A stretch of DNA of 64,000 bases from Eledone cirrhosa (GCA_964016885.1 OZ024742.1:19778001-19842000), one strand, 5' to 3'; shown: positions 12,232 to 25,276, counted from the first letter of the stretch. Numbers and translations: made by a program. The notes: a model not told the origin generated them from the sequence alone.

Positions 12232-12940
12232 TAAAAGACTAAAGTCTGTCTCGATCTCGGAGGCTCATCATCAGGCCGGGGCTTATCCCGGTTTCCGTGA
12301 GGTTAAGCAGCTTAGAGTATGTAGTGACCTACATTCCGAGGGCTCATATATACATTCTCCGTGCGTTGTTTGGCTCAGTTCAGCCAATCGCCGCCAGCGT
12401 AGGAGAATGTATTTCGACTTCCGCCCTGAGGGAAAAATTCCCGCGTCGATTCAGAAATCTCTCTCTTGCAGCTTGACCATGCTAAGGTAAACACCACTTC
12501 TTCTTTTGCTCCGCAAGCACAAACAATATGTAACGACAAAACATTACTACGGGCCTGGCCAAGCGCCTCGGCCAGTCGACCGTACTTTCTCTTGCAATCT
12601 TAATTGATTTATTTCATTTCTTTTGGCATGCCAGCTTAATCCACCTCTTAACCTTTGTTAAATAAATAATGTAAAAACATGCTAAAGTCTTGATGATATT
12701 ACTATCATACCTTATTGCTAAAATGGTGATTATTATATTTCTGCTAAAAGTACAAGACAGACTGCCAGTCCATCGCAGGGTTAACCCCTCAGCTATTACT
12801 GGTACTCGTTTCCAGCTGAATATACTGGAACAACGTGAAATGAAGTGTTTTGCTCAAGAACAGAACACACAACCCAGTCCAGGAATCGAACCCACGACAT
12901 TATGATCGTAAGTCCAACCCTCTTACAACTAGGCCACGCT
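12232..12940 (-). mobile_element. Type 2 (CORE-domain) tRNA SINE split by a ~425-bp insertion (12321-12745)
   Basis: 12232-12320 and 12750-12940 align colinearly with the uninterrupted copy at 60867-61152. The minus strand shows the CORE motif TTCTTGAGCAAAACACTT and a tRNA head. Confidence 0.75.
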
Positions 12941-13472
12941 ATTAACCCCTGAAGTCCAACCCTCTTACCACTAGGCCTCCACTATTAATCCCTGAAGGAT
13001 TAAAGACCAAATGACTTCAACGGGATTTGAAATCAAAGGGTTGTCGAAACCTGTAACTAAATACCGCAAAACATTGTGTTAACCACTAACACCCTTAATC
13101 TAATTTTAATAAGTGAGAACACCAAGCAAGAGTCGATGGTTCCTGTTAATGGCACCATCTTGTGTCCATGGACCAAGGCACAGGGCCAGATTTTCACTTG
13201 CTGAGACCTAGACCCAGAGCCCATCACCATCACCACTTCCCTCACACTTTCTTCTGTGGCCCTAGAGTCGTTGCTTTTTCCCACGTTTTCCTCTCCTTTA
13301 TGGCTTTCATATTCCTTTCCTATACTTTCCCATACAGCCAGATGTACCCCTTACAGAAAGGTATACAGTAAAATGAATTTGAGAAATATATGTAAATAGA
13401 TTGATTATAGAGAATAAAAGTAATTGACATTTAAATAATTATGCATGATTATTACTGTTTTATATTAACATT

Positions 13473-13663
13473 AATTGTTTCTACGTTTGGCACAAGGCCA
13501 GCAATTACTCAGTGCATTACTAGTACTTTATTTTATCGACCCTGTAAGGATGAAAGGCAAAGTTAACCTCGGCGGGATTTGAACTCAGAATGGCAAGGGA
13601 CGTAACTCTATGCGTCAAAGCATGGCGTCCGACCCTCTACCGATACTGCCAATCCACCGCCCT
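13473..13663 (-). mobile_element. Type 1 SINE, full length with 20-bp TSD
   Basis: TGTTTTATATTAACATTAAT at 13456-13475 and 13664-13683. Confidence 0.95.
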
Positions 13664-14347
13664 TGTTTTATATTAACATTAATGATAAAGAATAAATTAT
13701 ATATATATCAATATGTGGTTGAGGGCTGGGAGAAAGGAATACTCAATACTGAAGTAGTTTTAATATTCATTTTATTAAAGCTAAATGAAGTCTTGTTTCT
13801 CTGGAGTTTCGCCTGTTTATCACAGTGATAACTAGCCGGTAGCAGACCCCCATCCGCAGGGGGTAGTAGTAGTAGTAGTGGTGGTGGTGGTGGTGGTATT
13901 AGTAGCAGTAGTAGTGTTGTGTTCCAGGTGTGGTCATCCATTGTTGTTGTCATTGACTGTTGTAGGATACGGAGAGAGGAGAGGGGGGAGTAAGAGGAGT
14001 GTGAGGGAGGAGAGAGGGGTGTTGGAGGAGAGGGGATGTGGGGTGAGGGGGATGAGTAAGGGGTGGGGGAGATAGCGGGGAGAGAGGGAATGAGTAAAAG
14101 TCAGTCTGTGAGTGAGAGGGAGATGTAAAAGTAGGAGGGGAGGGTGAATTGAAGGAAATGATTGAGTGAGATAGAAGGAAAATAAGATAGAGAGTGAAGG
14201 AATGATCGAAGAAGGTATAAGGTAGAGAGAGAGGGAGAGAGAAAGAATAAGGTAGATGCAGGTAGATAGATACTAGAGAGAGGGTGTGGTGGGGGATGTA
14301 AGAGAGAGAGAGAGATGTAATATATATATATATAAATATATATATTT

Positions 14348-14382
<35 letters not shown>

Positions 14383-14960
14383 TAAGAGAGAGAAAGGGAG
14401 GAAGAGAGAGAAAGACAGAGAGGGGGAAGATGGAGAGGAAGAGAGAGAGGCTGTAAGTGAGAGAAAAAGAATGAAAGGTGTACGAGAAAGAGTGAGGTGT
14501 GTGAGAGAGAGAGTGTGTGCGAGAGAGAGATGAAAGAGAGAGGTGTGTGTGAGAGAGAAAGAGTGAAAGAGAGAGGGGTGTATGTGTGGGAGAGAGTGTG
14601 TTAGAGAGAGGGTGTGTGTGAGAGAGAGTGTGTTAGAGAGAGGGTGTGTTAGAGAGAGGTGTGTGAGAGTGAGAGAGAGGTTTGTGTGTTAGAGAGAGGG
14701 TGTGTGTGAGAGAGAGAGGTGTGTGAGAGTGAAAGAGAGGTTTGTGTGTTAGAGAGAGGGTGTGTGTGAGAGAGTGTGTTAGAGAGAGGGTGTGTGTGAG
14801 AGAGAGAGGTGTGTGAGAGTGAGAGGGAGGTTTGTGTGTTAGAGAGAGAGGTGTATGTTTATCCCAATGTGTTTACAACGATAACTCTGTCCTTGCTACC
14901 AAAAATAAAAGCAGGATATCGTTTTATGTTGATATATATAATATATGTCATGGACATATT

Positions 14961-15475
14961 TGTGGTGGTGGTGGTGGTGATGGTGATGGTGGTGGTGGTT
15001 GTGGAGGTGGTGGTGGTGATGGTGGTGGTTGTGGTGGTGGTGGTGGTGGTGGTGGTTGTGGTGATGGTGGTGGTTGTGGTGATGGTGGTGGTGGTGGTGG
15101 TGGTGGTGGTTGTGATGGTGGTGGTTGTGGTGGTGGTGGTTGTGGTGGTGGTGGTGGTGGTTGTGGTGATGGTGGTGGTGGTGGTGGTGGTGGTTGTGGT
15201 GGTGGTGGTGGTGGTTGTGGTGGTGGTGGTGGTGGTGGTGGTGGTGGTGGTGGCGGTGGTGGTTGTGGTGGTGGTGGTGGTTGTGGTGGTTGTGGTTGTG
15301 GTGGTGGTGGTGGTGGTGGTGGTGGCGTTGGTGGTTGTGGTGGTGGTGGTGGTGGTGGTTGTGGTGACGGTGATGGTGGTGGTGGTGGTGGTTGTGGTGG
15401 TGGTGGTGGTGGTGGTGGTTGTGGTGGTGGTTGTGGTGGTTGTGGTGGTGGCGGTGGTGCGGTGGTGATGGTGGC

Positions 15476-15508
<33 letters not shown>

Positions 15509-15962
15509 AAGTGGCAGGGGGGGGGTCGTGGTGGTAGTGGTGGTAGTAGTGGTAGTGGCGGTGTTGGTGGTGGTGGTGGCGGTGGTGGTGGTGGTAGTGG
15601 TGCTGGTGCTGGTGGTGGTATGGTGGTGTTGGTGGTGGTGGTGTTGTGGTGGTGCTGGTGGTGGTGCTGGTGCTGGTAGTGGTGGTAGTGGTGGTGGTGG
15701 TGGTGCTGGTGCTGGTGGTGCTGGTGGTGGTGTGGTTATGGTGGTGGTGGTGCTGGTGGTGCTGGTGGTGGTGTGGTTATGGTGGTGGTGGTGGTGTGGT
15801 GGTGGTGTAGTGGTGGTGGTGTAGTGGTGTGGTGGTGGTGGTGTTTTAGTGTGGTGTTGGTGGTGGTGTGGTAGTGGTGGTGGTGGTAGTGTAGTGGTGT
15901 AATGTGGTGGTGGTGGTGGTGTAGTGGTGGTGCGGTGGTAGTGGTGTGGTAGTGGTGTAGTG
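14961..15962. repeat. (GGT)n-based array
   Basis: Seen directly. It produces poly-V/G/P ORFs. Confidence 0.95.
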
Positions 15963-16060
15963 TTTAAGCTTATTTTGGGGGACAAGACGCATGTTTGAAA
16001 TTATGTCAAACATGGCATCTATAACTGTGAATGGAAACTATATTTATAAAACCATATTTA

Positions 16061-16118
16061 TTCTATTATATATATTTCAACGGTACCAAAAATTTTGGTA
16101 CGCTATCATCAGATAAAA
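16061..16118 (-). ncRNA. Type I hammerhead ribozyme (family H1)
   Basis: Minus strand: TTTTAT-CTGATGA-tagcGTACCAAAAtTTTTGGTACcgtt-GAAA-TATATA-TA-ATAGAA. Confidence 0.8.
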
Positions 16119-16190
16119 TACGAAGTGTGTTTTATAAATTTTGACATAACCAAGGCTTAACGGTTCAAGTTATCCCTGGATAGTCAAATA

Positions 16191-16290
<100 letters not shown>

Positions 16291-16390
16291 GGAGGTGAGT
16301 TTTATTGTAGTACAATAAAGCATATGATATGTTGATTTAAAACTACACTATCCACAAGTGTTTTTTTAGCCTTCATATCATGTTCTCCTG

Positions 16391-16457
16391 TTTTATCTGA
16401 TGAAAACACAAATATTATTGTATGATGATGTTTGTTTTTGAAATGCGCATAATAAAA
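16391..16457 (+). ncRNA. Type I hammerhead ribozyme (family H2)
   Basis: TTTTAT-CTGATGA-AAACACAAAT...GTTTGTTTTT-GAAA-TGCGCA-TA-ATAAAA. Helix III is palindromic. Confidence 0.85.
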
Positions 16458-16489
16458 TACATGGAACTCCTTTAACCATCTTTTGATCT

Positions 16490-16557
<68 letters not shown>

Positions 16558-16561
<4 letters not shown>

Positions 16562-16735
16562 ATAAATTATCGAGATTCGCATTTCGGCCCACGAAATAAC
16601 GAAAAACAACCTCCGAGATGTGCGGCAAGTGCTCAATGATTCAGATGAACCAGAGCTATAACAAACGTTAAAGGCCAAACACACTGAGACGATGGTTAAA
16701 CAATCACTCGCATAGCCAAAAAAAAAACGATCCCA
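16558..16735. mobile_element. Solo copy of the ~165-bp terminal repeat of the element at 50955-51897
   Basis: Nearly identical to 50955-51118 and 51729-51891. It abuts (TA)n. Confidence 0.9.
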
Positions 16736-16855
16736 CGGAAGTTAACAAAGAACTTACAAGATCTACCAACTCATAATATTATATTATAAAATTAAATCAA
16801 ATTATTTAGAACTACAAGTGAAGTCATTCTTTTCATTTTTTTCAAATATATACTG

Positions 16856-16891
<36 letters not shown>

Positions 16892-17021
16892 CTCTTTTAC
16901 CTCTTCCAGCCATCCGGCTGAGGCCATGCTGTGGCACCGCCCTTACATATATATATATATATATATATATGAAAACGGAGAAAAAGATGATTATTAGGAA
17001 GAAAAATATATTTTATCCTCA

Positions 17022-17196
17022 GGACCCGATGGTTGAGCACCGGCCATTTCGACATCTAGTTCGGAACTTGCTGTCGAAACCCCCGGACCTTATCGTCGGG
17101 GTCCAGACTCTTTTCCCTATTACCCATTCTTCTACCCTAATTATCGAGTACTCTGGTGCGTTATTGTCCACCTGGTTTCTTACCACACCTTCTTTG

Positions 17197-17198
<2 letters not shown>
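17022..17198 (+). mobile_element. Fold-back pLTR-like element (family H3) with half-hammerhead
   Basis: Imperfect palindrome 17022-17104. The tail 17105-17198 is homologous to 39370-39458 (GAGTACTCTGGTGCGTTAT) and ends in (TA)n. Confidence 0.75.
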
Positions 17199-17272
<74 letters not shown>

Positions 17273-17279
<7 letters not shown>

Positions 17280-17545
17280 AGAAAAGAGAGAATCAGTGTT
17301 GCGACGAAAGAAATTTAATGGACATATTACAATCGTTTCTCGGGAGACCAGCTCAAGGCACGATCGATGTGGAACGATCGTGCCTTGAGCTGGTCGCCCG
17401 AGAAACGATTGTAATATGTCCAATAAATTCCTTTCGTCGCAACACTGATTCTCTCTTTTCTGTGATATCATACTCTGCTCTATGAGGGCATTTAGTGCTC
17501 ATACGGCCTACCGCATATGGTCGCTTTAAGCATCCAACACCAATT
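17273..17545 (+). mobile_element. Fold-back element: ~95-bp inverted arms (17273-17468) plus a unique 3' tail
   Basis: Near-perfect palindrome centred near 17370. The right arm has GAAA-C-GATT-G-TA (3' half of a hammerhead). Flanked by (TA)n. Confidence 0.8.
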
Positions 17546-17554
17546 ATATATATC

Positions 17555-17594
<40 letters not shown>

Positions 17595-17946
17595 AAGGGG
17601 AGAGAGAGAGAGAAAGAAAGTGCTTAAGCGCAGAAATGCTGTAAAGATAGCTAATAAAATAGTGTGAAGACTCTTAAATGACGGAAAAAGAAGTTGCCAT
17701 TGGCCTCTATGTGGAATTGAACCCCGTATCTTATCTTCCAGATACCGGCATCGAATACTCTGTTGAGTAATGGGCTAACTAGTTTAAAGCTGGTTCTATC
17801 ATTATATATCTAGTTATATATATCATTATATATATATATATATATATATATTGTTATACTTTGGGAGGGTCATATATATATATATATATATATGAAAGAC
17901 GTAAATAAGAAAGTTATGAAAATTGACTTACTTACTAAAATTTCAC

Positions 17947-18021
17947 TCCAACTAATTAGTTTCTGTAAGGGGATAAATATAGTTACGTAATAACTATAGA
18001 GAAGCCTTACGTCATCAGGGA
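17947..18021 (-). ncRNA. Type I hammerhead ribozyme (family H4)
   Basis: Minus strand: TCC-CTGATGA-cGTAAGG...CCTTACa-GAAA-CTAATTAG-TT-GGA. Helix III is palindromic and helix I is short. Confidence 0.7.
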
Positions 18022-18312
18022 CTCTATTCTCAGCTAAGCTTCCAGGCAATGCGGGGACACTGGGAACTTATATAAAAATAATTCAGTGGATGGAAAAAAG
18101 CGAGCGGGGCTAGATTCCAAGACATTGAAAAATTCACTGCCTTCTTGGTCAAGTGGCAAATTCAAAAGAATCAATCACGTGACACTGAGGTTAACCAGCT
18201 TGGAGTGGGGTGCTATTAAGACAGAGCCTAGCCACTACTATCAGTCACAGTAGTAATTTCGGGAAATTTTGCTCAACAAATAATTTGGAGATAATTATAA
18301 AGAATTAATATA

Positions 18313-18595
18313 TCTACCGACATATGTATACAGATGCATACCTATGCCAGCAAATATATATGTTTTGTCTTAGTAACTGTGTGGTTCTATGGAGATTTAC
18401 GTCTTTCATATAATTGTTCTGCATCCCCCTGCATAGAACCACAAAGTTACTAAGACAAAACATATATATTTGCTGGCATAGGTATGCATCTGTATACATA
18501 TGTCGGTAGAACTGCGAAACCGGTAAAGGAACCAAATAAATATATATATTTAAAAAAAAAAAGACTCCAGTTGCATTTTCGATTTCATCTGTTTT

Positions 18596-18598
<3 letters not shown>
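18313..18598 (+). repeat. Inverted repeat (79-bp arms, 18313-18391/18432-18510) followed by GAAA-CCGG-TA
   Basis: The arms are almost perfectly complementary. The downstream GAAACCGGTA resembles a hammerhead 3' half, and the tail ends in (TA)n. Confidence 0.75.
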
Positions 18599-18660
<62 letters not shown>

Positions 18661-18663
<3 letters not shown>

Positions 18664-19310
18664 TTTAGTACACCATTAACGAAGTTTTAGAACACGACCA
18701 AGCTAACGAATGCAGAATCGGTCTGTAGCTTTACCACTCGGATGGGAAAAAGAACCCCAGAGTAATAACAATACGTTCAGACAGCTTAGCAAATCAGATA
18801 TAGCGGTCGGCAGTCAAGCCGTATCACTAGAGCAATGAAAATACAGGACCCAGGAAAAGATTTTAGACTGACCTGGACAAAGCGGTGAGGCCGAATACAA
18901 AATATATAATGTACATCGTAAATCACACAATACACATCACATACAGCACCCAACATCAGCGCTAAGTTTCTGCAAATCCAAGATCGACAAATTCCGCTTG
19001 CAGGAGTCTGCAATTTAATGGTTTTTGACGACAGAACATAGGATTTCCTTCTTCAGCAAGTCTTTCGTTCTTAGCCTGAGCGGGCATGTTGTAGCTTTAA
19101 ATTTCGCCACAGACACGTGGTTATCTCCAAGGGAGGTAACCCCCGCTTAGGCGGTGAATTCCAATTTGAGATAAAGGAATGAATCCCTTTAGACAAACCG
19201 AATTAAGCACTCAACCAGAAGTTATCAAACAAACATAAACAATTAATCAATCAATAGAATCATCTAATTAAATTAATCAGTTAATCGTTAATTCTAGGAG
19301 TAAATACAAA
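18661..19310. mobile_element. Diverged monomer of the ~600-nt non-coding family (cf. 50955, 56492)
   Basis: Colinear blocks CCAGAG.ATAAC, GGACCC..GGAA, CAAGGGAGGTAACCC, CGAAT..GCACTCAA, TCAATAGAATC and TCTAGGAGTAAATAC. Confidence 0.65.
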
Positions 19311-19311
19311 T

Positions 19312-19720
19312 ATGTAAAAGGTGAGTAATATTGTAGAACAATAAAACTATGCATATATCAGATAAGTAGCACTCAACAATTGGAAGAACTGGAGTATATA
19401 TGATAAAGAGGAATTCAAAGATGGTTTAAAGAGTTCCATGTATTTTATTATGCGCATTTCGAATACAAAATCATCCTGGGACAAAAATTATGTTCTTATC
19501 AGATAAAATAAGGTAACATGATAAGAGGCATAATACATAATACCACTTGTAGACTTAGCACTTTCCTGTAAACAAGTGCTATTATGCCTCTTATCATGTT
19601 ACCTTATTTTATCTGATGAGAACACAATTTTTGTCCCAGGATGATTTTGTATTCGAAATGCGCATAATAAAATATATGGAACTCTTTTAACCATCTTTTA
19701 ATTCATCTTTATTATATATA
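19312..19720. mobile_element. Fold-back H2 element with two inverted hammerheads
   Basis: Arms 19395-19538/19579-19720. The minus-strand hammerhead at 19441-19510 has a mutated core (CTGATAA). Confidence 0.85.
19605..19674 (+). ncRNA. Type I hammerhead ribozyme (family H2)
   Basis: TATTTTAT-CTGATGA-GAAcACAA...TTGTaTTC-GAAA-TGCGCA-TA-ATAAAATA, with an 8-bp helix I. Confidence 0.88.
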
Positions 19721-19744
19721 TACATATGTATGTGTGTATGTATG

Positions 19745-19777
<33 letters not shown>

Positions 19778-20280
19778 GTGTGTATGATTGTGTATAGAAG
19801 AGTATATTAATAAAAGGAATTCCAACTTTGTCTGATTTAGTCGTTTTATTTACAATCCTTTAAAATTATAATGATATTATAATGAAATAGTATGGTAGCG
19901 TATTAAAAGTTAAGTGTTAATTGAACAAGTACGTTCATGTTTTCGCAATCTTCAGGTTCATATTCAGTGGTGACAGTCAAGTTGGCAATTTTCAACTGTA
20001 ATGAGATGGCTAAAATCTGTGCCTTATATACAGTAAAAAGGGGCTACAGAATGCTAAGTTTTGCAATCTGTATTCGACCAATCGGTGTGTGGTTTCACTA
20101 GATTATTAAAGCTGATTGTTTTAGGCGTCATGGCTGGTTGAACATTTCTAACGACTTCTATTTGACCCTATCCAAAGCATCAATTGTTTTGCTATTTTTA
20201 GAAATGATGAAAATAGCATTTTCTAGGGTTTTTATGAAAAAATCTTCAGTAATCAACATCAAACCACTTTTATTATTATT

Positions 20281-20319
<39 letters not shown>

Positions 20320-20384
20320 AGTGGCGGGAGCCGACATGGTCGTAGGCGTAGTCATAGTATAAGTAATACCCCTAAGCATTATTA

Positions 20385-21957
20385 TTGTTCTTTTAACTTG
20401 GGTTGGAATTTATCAATACAATTCTTTTCTTTAATTTTTCTCTTGATTTCACTTGGGCTGTGTAGTTTGTAGAATGGAAATATTATAAATATTTTCTGAC
20501 CACATCATGCTAGATGGTTACTTAGGGGTATCTGACGGACATTTGGGTCTCTGATTTGCTGTCGGTGCACCCGTGCACGTTCCGATAGTGCATTTCCAGT
20601 TTGACCGACATATAGTTCTTCACAATTCGGGCATTTAATGCAGTAAATTAGATTTCTGCTTTTGCAGTTCGTATTTGCATTTAGGAATATTTTTCCAGTT
20701 TTTGTGTTCATATATTGACCAGTATGTATGAACTGACATGCGCCACATCGACTATCATTGCATTTAGATACAGTGAATGATTGGTCTTTGTTGTTAAGGT
20801 CAAACTTTGCTTTTGTTAGTAATTGCTTCAAATTTTTCGGCTGTCTTTTACTAAGAGTCAAAGATTGGTCTGTGATTAAACCTTTTAATTCATTACTTTG
20901 AGCAATGATCGGTAGGTTTACTTTGGCAGTGTTGAAGATATTCTGGTGACATGGGTTGTGTGTCATTATAAATGGTATGACCAGTTCTTGGTTTCTTCTT
21001 CCTTGGGTTGTCCTAAGTTGTTATATAGGTATTTTTATAGCCCTCTGTATGCTATTTTCTATAAGCAGAGATGGGTACTTTTGTTTGAGCAAAAATGCTC
21101 TCAGTTTTCTTAGGCGTTTGTTCCTGGTATTCGTATCTTCTACAATGGTACAAATTCTTCTAGCTAGGCAGTATAGGATGTTGCGCTCTGTATGAGGTGG
21201 ATGGCACGACTTAAAATTCAGATATTGATGGGTGTCTGTGTGTTTATAATATATATCCGTGGAAATGGTGGTGTCGTTTTTGATTACCATTATATCTAGG
21301 AATGGTAATTTGGCACTACTCATCTCTTTTGTAAATTGGAGAGATGGGTGTAGGTTATTCAGGAGGATATTGAACTCATCCAGAGTATCTAGAGATTCTG
21401 TCCAGATGATGAAACAGTCGTCAAGGTATCTCTTCCAAGACTTTTCAGTGTACTTTCTAAATTCAGTGCTATATTTTTCCTCTATTTCTTGGTATAGTTG
21501 TTCTAAGTATCCCATTACAGAGTTCGCGTAAACGGGAGCAAACTTCGTTCCCATCTCTGTGCCTCTAATTTGGATGTAATTCTTTCCATTGAAGAAGAAA
21601 GTGTTGTTTTCCAGAATAAGTCTGACTGCGTCTAATATAAATGGCACTGTGAATCTGGTGGGAATCACTTCTCTATGTTTTTCCACTCAGTATTTAACCG
21701 CTTTTATTCCTAAATCATGCGTAATGTTGGTGTAAAGGCTTACCACATCAAAACTAAGTAGAAGTGAATTCGTTTCCGTGGTTTTGGGAAGATGGGACAG
21801 GTAGTCGATATCGTCCCGGATGAAACTGTGTATACGTATACATAGTGGTTTCAAAATAATGTCAACAAAATTGCTTAGACGGTGGGTAGGGCATGTTGGA
21901 CCAGCTATAATAGGTCTAAGTTTTAAGTTTTTTGGGTATAGTAATTTAATGTACTCC
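20385..21957 (-). pseudogene. Penelope RT + Cys-rich linker + GIY-YIG endonuclease (disrupted)
   Basis: Motifs LRPIIAG, SFDVVSLYTNI, GTEMGTKFAP, RYLDD, LPFLD, SKCNDSRCGAC and LIYCIKCPNCEELYVGQT. It has internal stops and frameshifts. Confidence 0.92.
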
Positions 21958-22490
21958 CCTACCCACCGTCTAAGCAATTTTGTTGACATTATTTTGAAAC
22001 CACTATGAATATGAAATCAAGAGAAAAATTAAAGAAAAGAATTTTATAGATAAATTCCAACCCAAGCTAAATGAATAATAATAATGCTTAGGGGTATTAC
22101 TTCTACTATGACTACGCCTATGACCATGTCGACTACCACCACTAACAACAGCAACAACAACAATGATAATAATAAAAGTGGTGTTGATGTTGATGATTAC
22201 TAAAGATTTTTTCATAAAAACCCTAGAAAATGCTATTTTCATCATTTCTAAAAATAGCAAAACAATTGATGCTTTGGATAGGGTCAAATAGAAGTCGTTA
22301 GAAATGCTCAACTAACGTTGACGCCTAAACCAATCAGCTTTAGTAATCTAGTGAAACCACACACCGATTGGTCGAAATACAGTTTGCAAAACTTAGCATT
22401 CTGTAGCCCCTTTTTACTGTATATAAGGCACAGATTTTAGCCATCTCATTACAGTTGAAAATTGCCTACTTGACTGTCACCACTGAATAT

Positions 22491-22527
22491 GAACCTGAAG
22501 ATTGCGAAAACATGAAAGCACTTGTTC
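22491..22527 (+). ncRNA. Minimal hammerhead-like motif in the pLTR (mirror copy 19923-19959, minus strand)
   Basis: GAAC-CTGAAGA-TTGC-GAAA-...-TT-GTTC. Helix III does not pair cleanly. Confidence 0.5.
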
Positions 22528-22642
22528 AATTAACATTTAACATTTAATACTCTACCATACTATTTCATTATAATATCATTATAATGTTAAAGGATTGTAA
22601 ATAAAACGACTAAATCAGACAAAGTTGGAATTCCTTTTATTA

Positions 22643-22712
<70 letters not shown>

Positions 22713-22847
22713 GAAAAGGGAGTAAGGTTCTATACAAAACAGAGGTCATAGAAAAAAGGTGGAATTGGAAATAGCACGGAAAATATATTTAAAGAATCTG
22801 TTTTTCTTTTTTTTCTTCTTTGATCTGTCAAAGTGACATTATTGAAA

Positions 22848-22973
22848 TTATTTTATCGACCCCGTAAGTATGAAAGGCAAAGTTAACCTCGGCGGGATTT
22901 GAACTCAGAATGGCAAGGGCCGTAACTCTATGCGTCAAAGCATGGCGTCCGACCCTCTGCCGATACTGCCAAT
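22848..22973 (-). mobile_element. Type 1 SINE, partial
   Basis: Matches 13530-13655. Confidence 0.9.
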
Positions 22974-23046
22974 TAAAAAGAATTAAAAATTAAAGATTTA
23001 AAATTAAGTGTTGAAGAAGTGTTGAGAAGAAGACTCGCTATTACTA

Positions 23047-23176
<130 letters not shown>

Positions 23177-23383
23177 GTAATAGCGAGGAGGCAGCTATAT
23201 GGATGAGAGGGGGAAAAATCTATTTTAAGACGTCAGCGAAAAATGAGGCCAGACTGCTAAAGAGTGCAGATATTGTTATGTTGAGAATTGAACTGTCGTC
23301 ACACTATGAGCAAGTATAGCATTGACTTTGTTAGAAGATGTAATCATGGCTGATGCTGCATGTGTGGGAGTAGACGGAGTGAG

Positions 23384-24010
23384 GGTGGTGGTGGTAGTGG
23401 TGGTGCTGTTCTTGGGTGTTGTGTTGTTGGTGGTGGTGGCGGTGTTCTTGGGTGTTGTGTTGTTGGTGGTGGCGGTGGTGGTGGTGGTGGTGGTGCTCGT
23501 TCTTGGGTGTTGTGTTGTTGGTGGTGGCGGTGGTGGTGGTGGTGCTCGTTCTTGGGTGTTGTGTTGTTGGTGGTGGCGGTGGTGGTGGTGGTGCTCGTTC
23601 TTGGGTGTTGTGTTGTTGGTGGTGGCGGTGGTGGTGGTGGTGCTCGTTCTTGGGTGTTGTGTTGATCGTGGCGGCGGTGGTGGTGTGGTGGTGGTGGTGG
23701 TGCTCGTTCTTGGGTGTTGTGTTGATGGTGGTGGCGGTGGTGGTGGTGGTGGTGGTGGTGGTGCTCGTTCTTGGGTGTTGTGTTGATGGTGGTGGTGGTG
23801 GTGGTGGTGGTGCTCGTTCTTGGGTGTTGTGTTGATGGTGGTGGCGGTGGTGGTGGTGCTCGTTCTTGGGTGTTGTGTTGGTGGTGGTGGGAGGCGGATG
23901 TGGTTGTGCTGTTGGTGCTGGTGGAAGCGATGGTGAGTGTTGTGTTGATGGTGGTGGTGGTGGTAGTGAGGTGAGGAGGTGGTGGTGGTGTCGGTGATGG
24001 TGGTGGAGAT
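23384..24010. repeat. GT-rich minisatellite, unit ~42-60 bp (GTGCTCGTTCTTGGGTGTTGTGTTG + (GGT)n)
   Basis: The core recurs about 9 times. Confidence 0.9.
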
Positions 24011-24862
24011 GATTTCGAATGTTTCTTCTGTCTGCGTGTGTCTGTATGAGTGTATATATGTGTATGTATGTGTGTGTCTGTATATGTGTGTCTGTTTGTG
24101 TGTCTGTATGAGTGTGTCTGTGTATGTGTCTCTATGTGTGTGTCTGTGAGAGTATTTATAGGACTATATCTGTATAAGTGTGCTTGTGTGTGTCTTTAAG
24201 CGTCTATGTGTGTGTGTGTATCACTGTGTCTGTATGTGTGTGTATGTGTGTGTCTGTATGTCTCTATGTGTGTGTGTCTGTGTGAGTGTTTTAAGGGTGG
24301 TGCTTAGTTTGATGAATCTCAGAATGTCACTGTATACGTGTGTGTGTGCGTGTGTACGTTTGTATGAGTGTGTCTGAGTATATATATATGTCTATTAGTG
24401 TGTGTGTCTGTGTGTGTCTGTGTGTGTCTGTGTGTCTGAGTGTCTGTGTGTCTGTGTGTCTGTGTATCTCTGAGTGTGTCTGTGTGTCTGTGTATGTCTG
24501 AGTGTCTGTGTGTGTCTCTGAGTGTCTGTGTGTCTCTGTGTGTCTGAGTGCGTCTGAGTGTCTGTGTATGTCTGAGTGTGTGTCAAGGTTGTTGGTGATG
24601 GTATGAGGGGGGGGGGATAGAGTTGGTGAATATCTGTCTGCGTGTGTGTATGTGTGTATGTACGTCTGTGTGCGAGTGTTTGTGTGCATGAGTGTGTGTG
24701 TGAGTGCAAGTGCATGATTGTGTGTCTGTGTGTGTATATGCATGTGTGCAAGTGTGCATGTGTGTGTGTGTGTGTTGTGTCTGTCTGTCTGTCTCTCCAA
24801 GAGAAAATACAGCTAACAGTATAAGATTCAAAATTCTCGCACAACATATGTATCAAATCTAC

Positions 24863-24871
24863 AGTAGTAGG

Positions 24872-24904
<33 letters not shown>

Positions 24905-24947
24905 GGTGGTGGTGGTGGTGGTGGTGGTGGTGGTGGTGGTGGTGGTG

Positions 24948-24988
<41 letters not shown>

Positions 24989-25232
24989 GGTGGTGGTGGT
25001 GGTGGTGGTGGTGGTGGTGGTGGTGGTGGTGGTGGTGGTGGTGGTGGTGGTGGTGGTGGTGGTGGTGGTAGTAGTAGTAGTAGTAGTGGTGGTGGTGGTG
25101 GTGGTGGTGGTGGTAGTAGTAGTAGTAGTGGTGGTGGTGGTGGTGGTGGTGGTGGTGGTGGTGGTGGTGGTGGTGGTGGTGGTGGTAGTAGTAGTAGTAG
25201 TGGTGGTGGTGGTGGTGGTGGTGGTGGTGGTG

Positions 25233-25276
<44 letters not shown>

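Larger units (their letters stand above)
19776..22643 (-). mobile_element. Penelope-like element (Neptune-type), 5'-truncated, with inverted pseudo-LTR
   Basis: RT + GIY-YIG on the minus strand. An inverted repeat of about 620 bp spans 19807-20432/22012-22643. Flanked by (TA)/(CA) tracts. Confidence 0.92.

Noticed and set aside
17700-17782. tRNA-like sequence on the minus strand (GGTTCAATTCC B box)
   Set aside because: I could not build a cloverleaf. It is probably a decayed SINE head.
23410-23880. Regularly spaced ~25-bp repeat resembling a CRISPR array
   Set aside because: The spacers are (GGT)n rather than unique sequence, the context is eukaryotic, and there are no cas genes.
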